Shown piece by piece: positions 9,543 to 17,872 of a stretch of DNA of 32,000 nucleotides. The position numbers and the translations under genes were made by a program. Source of the DNA: Desulfobulbus propionicus DSM 2032. GTDB taxonomy: Bacteria > Desulfobacterota > Desulfobulbia > Desulfobulbales > Desulfobulbaceae. The notes below the pieces were generated by a model. The model made no database searches. It saw only the letters and a program-made list of their open reading frames with translations, and was not told where the DNA came from. The stretch covers positions 240,001 through 272,000 of the forward strand of contig NC_014972.1 of NCBI RefSeq assembly GCF_000186885.1, given 5' to 3'. Every line of letters begins with the position of its first letter. The first letter of the stretch is position 1.

Positions 9543-10199
9543 GTGGAAAAAGAACCTCTGATTCCCAAACATGGCGGCTACCGGAAACTGAAAAGTTTCC
9601 AGGTCGCGCAGTTGGTGTATGACATCACGGTGCGATTCTGCGACCGCTACATTGACCGTCGCAGCCGTACCCACGACCAGATGGTGCAGGCAGCGCGCAG
9701 CGGTGTGCAGAACATTGCCGAAGGGTCGCTGGCCTCGGCCACCTCGAAGAAGATGGAACTCAAACTCACCCAGGTGGCCCGCGCCAGCCTGGAAGAGCTC
9801 AAGCTCGACTACGAAGATTTCCTGCGGCAGCGGGGGCTGGCCATGCTGGAGCCCAGCCATCCTGCGCTGACGCGCTTCAAAAAGCACAAACCGCAAACGG
9901 TTGCGGCGTTTGCGGCCTGGATCGAAGAAGAGCGGCAAAGGAACACGGACGGACCAGGACAGACACAGATGGGCAAGGACAGCCGGATCGACGAGTCGTC
10001 GGTGCCGGTCGGTGCTGGTCCGTGTCAGTCCTTGTCATCCGCCTGCCTGGCGGCCAATGGGGCGCTTTCGCTGCTCAACCTGGCCTGCTATCTTCTTGAG
10101 CGCCAGGTGGCGCAGCTTGCCGACACCTTTGAAAAAGAAGGCGGCTTCACTGAGCGGCTCTACCGGGTGCGCACCGCTAATAGGAGGAGCAAAGGATGA
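9543..10199 (+). CDS. Four-helix-bundle protein (23S rRNA intervening-sequence-protein-like) encoded between hsdS and hsdR
   Basis: YRKLKSFQVAQLVYDITVRFCDRY...DQMVQAARSGVQNIAEGSLASATSKKMELKLTQVARASLEELKLDYEDFL. Overlaps the hsdR start. Confidence 0.87.
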   Translation: MEKEPLIPKHGGYRKLKSFQVAQLVYDITVRFCDRYIDRRSRTHDQMVQAARSGVQNIAEGSLASATSKKMELKLTQVARASLEELKLDYEDFLRQRGLAMLEPSHPALTRFKKHKPQTVAAFAAWIEEERQRNTDGPGQTQMGKDSRIDESSVPVGAGPCQSLSSACLAANGALSLLNLACYLLERQVAQLADTFEKEGGFTERLYRVRTANRRSKG

Positions 10200-13100
10200 G
10201 CACACAGACCAGCGAAAAAGCCTTTGAAACCTATGTCGAGCACATGCTGCTGGCCAAGGGTTGGCAGCAGGGTTCGGTGAGTGAGTGGGACCAAGAGCGG
10301 GCGCTGTTCCCCGGTCAGATTGTTGCGTACATCGCCGCCACCCAGCCGCAGTTGTGGCAGGCAATGCGCGGCCAGCACGGGGCGCAGTTGGAACCGATGT
10401 TGCTGTCAACGTTGGTCAAGGAACTGGCCATCAAGGGCTCACTCTCTGTGCTGCGCCACGGTTTCAAGTTCTACGGCAAGACCTTTCGCCTGGCCACCTT
10501 CAAGCCTGCACATGGCCTCAATGACGAGGTCTTGGCCCAGTATCAGGCCAATCGCTTGACCGTCACCCGGCAGGTGGCCTGCCATCCGGGCGACCATTCG
10601 ACGGTCGATTTGCTCTTTGCCGTCAATGGCCTGCCGGTTGCCACTTGTGAGCTGAAAAATCCCTGGACCGGCCAGAGCTGGCGTCATGCAGTGCGCCAGT
10701 ACCAGGAGGACCGCAACCCGCGCGCGCCGTTGTTCGCGTTCAAAGAGCGGGCCTTGGTCCATTTTGCCGCCGACCCGGATGAAGTGCACATGACCACCCG
10801 GCTGGCCGGGGCCAAGACCTTCTTCCTGCCCTTCAATCGCGGCAGCCACCCTGGTGCGGTGCAGTGCGGCGCGGGCAATTCGCAACACGCTTGCGGCTAC
10901 CGCACCGGCTACTTCTGGGAGGAGATACTTGAGCGCGAGAGCTTTCTCGACATTCTCGGCCATTTCGTGTTCGTCGAGAAGAAGGAGGAAAAGGTGGACG
11001 GCGGCAAGGGTGGCAGCCGGATCAGGACCCGCGAGACCATGATCTTCCCGCGGTACCACCAGTTGGACGCCACCCGCAAACTGATCGCCGCCGCCCGCGC
11101 CGAGGGGCCGGGGCAGAACTATCTCATTCAGCATTCGGCGGGCAGCGGCAAGACCAACTCCATTTCCTGGCTGTCGCACCGGCTGGCCAGCCTGCATGAC
11201 GAGCACGATCACAAGGTGTTCGACTGCGTCATCGTCATCACCGACCGGCAGGTGCTCGACCGCCAGTTGCAGGATGCCATCTACCAGATCGAACATGCCC
11301 AGGGTGTGGTCAAGGCCATCGACCAGGATTCCAAGCAGTTGGCTTCGGCGCTGATCGACGGCACCAAGATCGTGGTCACCACCCTGCAGAAGTTTCCCTT
11401 TGTGCTGCGCGGCTTGCTCCATACCGCTGGGGCTGAGAACCTGGACAGTCCCGACGATGAGGCAAAGGCGCAGGCCAAGGCCTGGGAGGCTGAAATCGGT
11501 AAACGCCGCTATGCGGTCATTGTGGACGAAGCCCACTCCTCCCAAACCGGTGAGACGGCGCGGGAGCTGAAGGCCATTCTGGGCGCAAGCAACGGCGACA
11601 TGAACGATGACGAGGAGGCTGACTTGGAAGATCGGCTCAATCAGGTGATGGCCTCGCGGGGCCGCCAGCCTAACCTGAGCTTCTTTGCCTACACCGCCAC
11701 CCCCAAAGGAAAAACGCTCGAACTTTTTGGCCGTACCGGTCCCGGCGGCAAGCCGGAACCCTTCCATCTCTACTCCATGCGCCAGGCCATCGAGGAGGGG
11801 TTTATTCTCGATGTGCTGCGGAACTACACCACCTATGCCACCTATTTCCGGCTGATCAAGGCGGTGGAGGACGATCCCGATCTGCCCAAGAAGAAGGCTG
11901 CGCGGGCGCTTTCAAAATTCCTGGTGCTGCACCCGACCAACATCGCCCAGAAGATCGAGGTGATCGTCGAGCATTTCCGGGGCCATGTGCGCACCCATCT
12001 CGGTGGACGGGCCAAGGCGATGGTGGTCACCAGCTCACGCCTGCAGGCGGTGAAATACATGGAGGCTTTCCAGCGCTATATCGGCGAGCAAGGCTACACC
12101 GACATCCGGCCGCTGGTGGCCTTCAGCGGCACGGTGCGCGATCCGGACACCGGCTTGGAATATACCGAACCAGGAATGAATCTTGACGTGGTGGGCGGCA
12201 AGCCAATCAGCGAGAAGCAACTGCCCGAGCGCTTTGCCTCGCCCGATTACCAGGTGCTGCTGGTGGCCAACAAGTACCAAACCGGCTTTGACCAGCCGTT
12301 GTTGATGGCGATGTACGTGGACAAGCGGTTGGACGGCGTGCAGGCGGTGCAGACCCTGTCGCGCCTCAACCGCATGGTGCCGGGCAAGGAGACGCCGTTC
12401 GTGCTTGATTTCGTCAACGAAGCTACGGACATCTACCGAGCCTTCAAACCTTATTTTGATGCCACCAGCCTGCAGGAAAGTTCGGACCCCGCCCTGCTCG
12501 AACAGCTCAAGCATGCGTTGGACGGGTTTCAGGTCTATCACTGGAGCGAGGTGGAGGCCTTTGCCCGCATCTTTTACCGAGCACCAAACAAGCAGAATCC
12601 GGCCGACCATGCTCACTTGCAACGACATCTGCAACCGGCGGTGGATCGCTTCAAGGCGATGGAGGACGAGGAACAACGCGGCGAATTCCGCGACAAGCTG
12701 AGCGGTTACGTGAAGGTGTACAGCTTCCTCAGCCAGATCATCCCCTACGCTGACCCCGATCTGGAGATGCTCTACAGCTTCGGCCGCTTGCTGCTACCGC
12801 ATCTGGTGCTTACACGCGACACCGGCACCGTCAAGCTCGGCGATGAGGTGGGTTTGCAGTACTACCGCCTGCAGCGGGTCTTTTCCGGGGCCATTGAGCT
12901 GCGCGAGGGGGAAGGCGAATACGGGGTGAAGAGCCCCACCGATGTCGGCACCGGCAAGGCCAAGGAAGAAAAAGCGCCGCTGTCGGAGATCATCGAGGTG
13001 TTGAACGACCGTTTCGGCACCAACTTCACCGAAGAGGACCGCCTCTTTTTCGAACAGATCAAGGAGAAGGCGACCAAAAGCCCGGAGGTGGTCCGGCTGC

Positions 13101-13297
13101 GCAGGGCCAACCCTTTTGACAAATTCCAACTGGGCCTGCGCCAGATGCTGGAAGACCTGATGATCCAGCGCATGGGAGAAAACGACAGGATCGTCTCTCG
13201 GTACATGGACGACAAGGCCTTCGAGGATGCCGCCTTCGCGGTCCTCTCCAGGGTGATTTACAAGACAATCCCGGCCGAGGGTGGCGCCGTGGAGTGA
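10196..13297 (+). CDS. hsdR: Type I restriction endonuclease subunit R
   Basis: Helicase Walker A-type HSAGSGKTNSISWL, DEAH-type VDEAHSS, SFFAYTATPKGKT. N-terminal nuclease region with ..TVDLLFAVNGLPVATCELKNP. Confidence 0.96.
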   Translation: MSTQTSEKAFETYVEHMLLAKGWQQGSVSEWDQERALFPGQIVAYIAATQPQLWQAMRGQHGAQLEPMLLSTLVKELAIKGSLSVLRHGFKFYGKTFRLATFKPAHGLNDEVLAQYQANRLTVTRQVACHPGDHSTVDLLFAVNGLPVATCELKNPWTGQSWRHAVRQYQEDRNPRAPLFAFKERALVHFAADPDEVHMTTRLAGAKTFFLPFNRGSHPGAVQCGAGNSQHACGYRTGYFWEEILERESFLDILGHFVFVEKKEEKVDGGKGGSRIRTRETMIFPRYHQLDATRKLIAAARAEGPGQNYLIQHSAGSGKTNSISWLSHRLASLHDEHDHKVFDCVIVITDRQVLDRQLQDAIYQIEHAQGVVKAIDQDSKQLASALIDGTKIVVTTLQKFPFVLRGLLHTAGAENLDSPDDEAKAQAKAWEAEIGKRRYAVIVDEAHSSQTGETARELKAILGASNGDMNDDEEADLEDRLNQVMASRGRQPNLSFFAYTATPKGKTLELFGRTGPGGKPEPFHLYSMRQAIEEGFILDVLRNYTTYATYFRLIKAVEDDPDLPKKKAARALSKFLVLHPTNIAQKIEVIVEHFRGHVRTHLGGRAKAMVVTSSRLQAVKYMEAFQRYIGEQGYTDIRPLVAFSGTVRDPDTGLEYTEPGMNLDVVGGKPISEKQLPERFASPDYQVLLVANKYQTGFDQPLLMAMYVDKRLDGVQAVQTLSRLNRMVPGKETPFVLDFVNEATDIYRAFKPYFDATSLQESSDPALLEQLKHALDGFQVYHWSEVEAFARIFYRAPNKQNPADHAHLQRHLQPAVDRFKAMEDEEQRGEFRDKLSGYVKVYSFLSQIIPYADPDLEMLYSFGRLLLPHLVLTRDTGTVKLGDEVGLQYYRLQRVFSGAIELREGEGEYGVKSPTDVGTGKAKEEKAPLSEIIEVLNDRFGTNFTEEDRLFFEQIKEKATKSPEVVRLRRANPFDKFQLGLRQMLEDLMIQRMGENDRIVSRYMDDKAFEDAAFAVLSRVIYKTIPAEGGAVE

Positions 13298-13352
13298 GGG
13301 ATGAGCTGTTTACAGGTTCCGAGTCAAGTGGTGGCGAATAAAGGAAGAAACA

Positions 13353-13667
13353 ATGGATACAGATGATTTCTCGGAAATGGCCCGGGAGGTTATTGTGCGG
13401 GCTGCTCAGGTTTCCGATTCTTTGAAGGCGGAACTCGGTGCAATGAGCATGGAGCATGCAACTGAGGATGATTGGCTTCGGGGGGCCTGGGAATATCTCC
13501 AGGAGATTGCTGAAGCGCCGGAGGAATTTGTCGAATTCTGGAATCTGGAAGAGGAAGAAAGGGTGACGGCGACAATGATCAGTGAATTGGCGGTGGATCT
13601 TGCCAGCCAGGTGGAAAAAGTGCTGGCCACGCCGATGGCAGAACGTGGCTTTGAGGAGATGGAATGA
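13353..13667 (+). CDS. Small acidic hypothetical protein, 104 aa
   Basis: Complete ORF with a 4-bp overlap with the next ORF. No family recognised. Confidence 0.65.
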   Translation: MDTDDFSEMAREVIVRAAQVSDSLKAELGAMSMEHATEDDWLRGAWEYLQEIAEAPEEFVEFWNLEEEERVTATMISELAVDLASQVEKVLATPMAERGFEEME

Positions 13668-14215
13668 TGTCGGGTGCCAAGAAAAAGCCGACGTGGAATG
13701 ACCTCAAACGCACCATCGGCGGCTTGGACCGAGATGCCCTGCTGGGCTTGGTGCATGATCTCTATGTAGCCCACAAGGAGAACAAAACCTTCCTGCACGC
13801 ACGATTTGGCTTGGGCGACGATGTTTTGGAACCTTACAAGGCGACCATCTCCCGCTGGGTTTGTCCCGATGTGATGCGTAACCAGGATTACTCGGTTTCC
13901 AAGGCCAAGAAGGCGATCTCGGATTACAAAAAGGCCGTTGGTCATGCCGAGGGGCTGGCTGAGTTAACGGTGTTCTATTGCGAATCCTGCCGGGATTTTC
14001 TTGGATTTTGCAGCGTAGATGACGAGGTGTATTTCAATGCCCTGGTGCGAATGTTCGAGCAGGCTTTGAAATGGATCCGGCAGCTTGATTCGGATCAGCA
14101 AGAACACTATCTGGAGCGGCTTGATAGTGTTCACTATCGAGCCGGCGATTGGGGATGGGGCGTGAGCAGCGACATGAGCGAGCTGATGGCGGAGTATGGA
14201 TTTGCCGAAAAATGA
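13664..14215 (+). CDS. Hypothetical protein, possibly DUF6155-like
   Basis: WNDLKRTIGGLDRDALLGLVHDLYVAHKENKTFLHARFGLGDDVLEPYK. Coupled to the preceding ORF. Confidence 0.7.
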   Translation: MMSGAKKKPTWNDLKRTIGGLDRDALLGLVHDLYVAHKENKTFLHARFGLGDDVLEPYKATISRWVCPDVMRNQDYSVSKAKKAISDYKKAVGHAEGLAELTVFYCESCRDFLGFCSVDDEVYFNALVRMFEQALKWIRQLDSDQQEHYLERLDSVHYRAGDWGWGVSSDMSELMAEYGFAEK

Positions 14216-14219
14216 CGAG

Positions 14220-15407
14220 CCTTTGAATGTGCAAGATGAACTCAAGCGGCTGCATGAGGAGAATGTAGGCTGCTCCCAGGGGGCCTTTGACTGCGTGGCC
14301 GAGTTGGCGTTCAATAGGCTCTTCATCGCAACCAAGCTCCTGGCGGATAAGCGTTCTGGCAGTTGCCCTGAGTCCATGGACATGCAATTCTTCCTGGCTG
14401 TATCCCATGCGTCTGAGGGCATTGGTCAAGGTGGCATCGCTCATTGGCCTAGCCGTTGATCGCAGGCCGGGGAAGAGATATTTTCCCTGGCCGGTCAAGG
14501 CCTGGACCTCCCGCAGGATATCAATAACCTGGGTTGCCAAAGGCGCCAGATGAAAAGCTGAACCGCTGGTCTCTTTATCTCGCTTGCGCCCTTTCATCTT
14601 GGCAAGGGGGATACGCCATTCCGCTTTCGCAAAATCGAATTCCGACCATTCGGCAAAACGAATCTCCTTGCTTCGCAAAAAGACATGTGGCGTCAGCTGC
14701 AAGGCGCAGCGTGTGATCGGCGAGCCGGGATATCGGTCAATGGCCCGGAGTAATTCTCCAACCTGCTTGGGATCGGTGATGGAGGACATGTGGCTGACAT
14801 TGGGTCGCGGGATCGCGCCTCGAAGGTCAGCGGCCGGATTACGCTCCGCCCGGCCGGTGGCAATGGCATACATGAAGACTTGGCCGGCATTGGTCTGTGC
14901 CCGATGGGCATTTTCCAGGTGCCCCCGAGCCTCAATGCGACGTAAAGCCGAAAGCAATTCCGGTGCTGATATCTCGCCAACGGGACGAGCGCCAATCCAT
15001 GGAAATAAATCGCGACGCAGGCGGCCGGAGATGCTCTCCAGATGACTTTCTGTCCACTGATGCTTGAATTTCTCCAGTCACTCTTCGGCAACGGTTTGAA
15101 AGGTGTTGTCCGTTGCGTTTGTACCTTTGCGAATTTTTCTGACGAGGCCCGGATCAACACCCTCTGCAAGTTGCTCTTTTGCCTGTTGGGCGCTTTTTCG
15201 TGCCTTGGCAATCGATACGTTGGGATAGACGCCCAGGGCGAGCAGCTTTTGTTTGCCGCCGTACCGGTACGCCATGCGCCAATATTTGGAGCCGTTCGGC
15301 CTGACTTCCAGAAACAATCCGCCACGATCCGCCAACCTCTTGGTTGTTGCTCCTGGTTTGGCGTTTCGTAGCGCCAGTTTGGTTAATTTGTTGGTCATTC
15401 CACCCAT
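14220..15407 (-). pseudogene. P4-type tyrosine integrase remnant with an internal nonsense codon and an aberrant C-terminus
   Basis: N-terminus MTNKLTKLALRNAKPGATTKRLADRGGLFLEVRPNGSKYWRMAYRYGGKQKLLALGVYP, then in-frame TGA at 15078-15080, then LEKFKHQWTESHLESISGRLRRDLFPWIGARPVGEIS... in the same frame. Catalytic region HVHGLRATARTLIRQELG..IERQLGHAVKGPLGAAY, then non-homologous residues. Confidence 0.85.
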
Positions 15408-15545
15408 GTTGGTACCTCCCGTTGCGAAGAAAACCGGTTTGTTTGTCCGAACGTATCGAAATGGCAGGAATTTTTCGAATAACTGTTGGCACCGTGTTGG
15501 TACCAACATGAGGGGTGTTGGTACATGCCCCTGAGAGTACCAACA
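15408..15545. repeat. Cluster of TGTTGGTAC / GTACCAACA sites upstream of the dead integrase, including the 14-bp palindrome TGTTGGTACCAACA (15495-15508)
   Basis: GTTGGTAC 15408-15415, TGTTGGCAC 15484-15492, palindrome 15495-15508, TGTTGGTAC 15516-15524, GTACCAACA 15537-15545. Confidence 0.8.
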
Positions 15546-15593
15546 AATACAACCAGATCTGCTCAAATTGCAACGGACACCCCTGGACGCAAA

Positions 15594-15624
15594 AAGCCCG
15601 CAATCCTTGTCGAATTGCGGGCTT
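15594..15624 (-). terminator. Rho-independent terminator for leftward transcription
   Basis: Perfect 11-bp stem AAGCCCGCAAT / ATTGCGGGCTT, followed on the minus strand by a T run. Confidence 0.75.
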
Positions 15625-15769
15625 AATGGACATCTTTAGATGGTGTTGGACAATGACATGGGAAGCAGACCTTCACATTGAGCCGCCAACTATCAGTTTT
15701 CATTCAAACTTGCCAATTCAAATCCGAGAGATACCATCAAAAGTACCATCACGGCCTGCCGGTACCCCA

Positions 15770-16246
15770 TTATTCAGGGTCGATTTTGACGTTCGGCTTG
15801 GTCTCTTTCACGGCCACATATTTTTCAATGGCGGCCTTGACCTCATCAGGATCCTGGATGCCTAAAGCGTGTCCGGACTGCATGAATTTTTTGAAATCCG
15901 ATGTGGTCTTGTAGGTGGTGCTCTTGATGAAGAACCGAGCAAACAATGGCCCCAGGGGAACCGCGATATCTTCCACCTTTTTGCTCACCGAAAAAGATTC
16001 TCTGAAGGTGACAACTGCCTTGGCCGACACCCCTTGAAGGGAAACGGTGGTGCTCCCTTCCCGCCGGGCCTGCGCTATCTCTATGAGCCTGGATTGTACA
16101 GCGTCAAGTTCACCTTGCGCGGCATCTACCTTACTCTTGAGCCTCAGGCCTTTTTGGATGAGTTTTTCAATGTCCGCATCTTCGGCGGGCATGAGATATT
16201 TCTTTCCATCTACCTGAACCTTCTTGATTTCCTTGACAGGTTTCAT
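15770..16246 (-). CDS. Hypothetical mobile-element protein
   Basis: MKPVKEIKKVQVDGKKYLMPAEDADIEKLIQKGLRLKSKVDAAQGELDAVQSRLIEIAQ... preceded by a strong GGGGGAG ribosome-binding site. Confidence 0.65.
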   Translation of the reverse strand: MKPVKEIKKVQVDGKKYLMPAEDADIEKLIQKGLRLKSKVDAAQGELDAVQSRLIEIAQARREGSTTVSLQGVSAKAVVTFRESFSVSKKVEDIAVPLGPLFARFFIKSTTYKTTSDFKKFMQSGHALGIQDPDEVKAAIEKYVAVKETKPNVKIDPE

Positions 16247-16790
16247 TGACTCCCCCTTTTTCATGACAACGCTGATCCCGCCAAGTCCCGCAAGATCCCA
16301 CATAGTCCCGGATAATTGTTAGAAATATGAAACTTTCTTCGTTCTTGGTAGCAACTAGAGGCCGACACGCACTATTCAAAAAATTTGCGGCAAATCAGGC
16401 CAGGACCACCGGCCAGGAACCCGCAAAAATCTGGCATGGTGAAAGTTTGCATGTTAAAACGGGCCAAAAATTTAACATTTTCCAGACCATTTGCGCAAGC
16501 AGGTATATGAAATTAAAGATAAATTTCAAAAGTGCTATAAGAACCACTATCATCATCACAACTGTTTTTCCGGGCTTGCAATCAACGAAGAAAATAGCGC
16601 AACATTTTGATATTATTGTATAAATAGAAAGGCCAGCTTTAGGGCATGGGGTATAATCTTACTATTACACAAAGTCTGGTATTTTATCACGCAAAGACAG
16701 GCGGTTGCAAACGTGTTAAAACGGTTTGCGCCCTGTTATTGACCGAATGGATAAATAGTTAAATTACCAGTGGGCTGTTAGCTCAAAATC

Positions 16791-17840
16791 GTGTATTCTT
16801 TTCGCATGGAAAAGATCGATGCACGAACACATAACCAGCAGACCCAATACGAGTTGCGCAAGCAGGTTGTCAGGCTCCGAAAGCGTGGTTTTTCGAACAA
16901 AGAAACGGCTGAACTCGTTGGCATCTCCGCGGCACATGCCAGTACGATCTGGAGCAAGTATTCGCGAGACGGCATTGAGGCAATCAAACCGGGTAAGCGC
17001 GGCCGCCGACATGGAACCCAGCGGGTTCTTGAGGCTAACCAGGAAACGGCAGTGCAAAACATGCTTGTGGATAAGGCCCCGAATCAATTGAAGTTGCCGT
17101 TTGCTTTGTGGACTCGGGACGCTGTCCGTCTGGCGATCAAGCGAGAGTTTGGCCTTGAATTGCCGCTGCGTACCATCACCGACTATCTCAAACGATGGGG
17201 CTTTACTCCGCAAAAGCCAGCGAAACGAGCCTACGAGCAGAATCCGGAAAAGTTGAAGCAGTGGCTTGAGCAAGGATACCCAGAAATTGCCGACCGAGCG
17301 AAACAAGAGAAGGCGGAGATTCATTGGGGAGACGAGACTGGGGTGAACAACGAGGCGTATAACGCCCGAGGCTTTGCGCCCAGGGGAAAAACACCGATTG
17401 TCCGGTTGCATGCCAAGCGAAGCAGCATCAACATGATCTCGTCGATCACCAACCAGGGCAAAGTCCGCTTCATGCTGTATCGAGAAACGATGACCGCACC
17501 GGTGCTGATCAAGTTCATGTCCCGGTTGATCAAGGATGTGGAGAAGAAGGTCTTCCTGATTCTGGACAATCACCGGGTGCATCATAGCAAACGGGTGAAG
17601 AAATGGCTTGATGAGCATCAACAGTGGATTGAAGTCTTCTTTTTGCCACCTTATGCGCCGGAACACAACCCTGACGAATATCTGAACGGAGACCTGAAGC
17701 AACGGATACGCTCCGGTCTTCCTTCCAGGAGCCAGGAAGATTTGGCAAAGAAAACCAGGTCGTTCATGAAGACTTTGCAGCGACGACCTGAACATGTCAG
17801 AAATTACTTCAACCATCAACTTGTTCGTTATGCCGCATGA
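16791..17840 (+). CDS. IS630-family transposase (DDE)
   Basis: HTH region FSNKETAELVGISAAHASTIWSKYSRDGIEAI, catalytic IHWGDETGVNN, FLILDNHRVHHSK, VFFLPPYAPEHNPDEYLNGDLKQ. Confidence 0.92.
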   Translation: MYSFRMEKIDARTHNQQTQYELRKQVVRLRKRGFSNKETAELVGISAAHASTIWSKYSRDGIEAIKPGKRGRRHGTQRVLEANQETAVQNMLVDKAPNQLKLPFALWTRDAVRLAIKREFGLELPLRTITDYLKRWGFTPQKPAKRAYEQNPEKLKQWLEQGYPEIADRAKQEKAEIHWGDETGVNNEAYNARGFAPRGKTPIVRLHAKRSSINMISSITNQGKVRFMLYRETMTAPVLIKFMSRLIKDVEKKVFLILDNHRVHHSKRVKKWLDEHQQWIEVFFLPPYAPEHNPDEYLNGDLKQRIRSGLPSRSQEDLAKKTRSFMKTLQRRPEHVRNYFNHQLVRYAA

Positions 17841-17872
17841 TTTCGATATTTATTCACCGGAGTAATAAAACC

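Noticed and set aside
10439-11767. 442-aa minus-strand ORF opposite hsdR (also 4800-5870 opposite hsdM)
   Set aside because: These are shadow ORFs of strongly supported hsd genes, with no recognisable domain.
14693-15325. 210-aa minus-strand ORF overlapping the integrase remnant
   Set aside because: It is in a different frame from the integrase homology, and its composition looks like an out-of-frame translation.
15656-15680. GGGAAGCAGACCTTC near the left end compared with the tRNA-Ser 3' end (GGAGAAGCAGGGATTC) as a possible att duplication
   Set aside because: Only about 7 contiguous bases match (GAAGCAG), which is too weak. I found no convincing second copy of the tRNA 3' end in the window by eye.
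16452-16728. GTTAAAACGG repeated twice upstream of the IS630 transposase, considered as insertion-site duplication
   Set aside because: It is a 10-bp match in an AT-rich region about 260 bp apart, and IS630 elements duplicate only TA. Likely coincidental.
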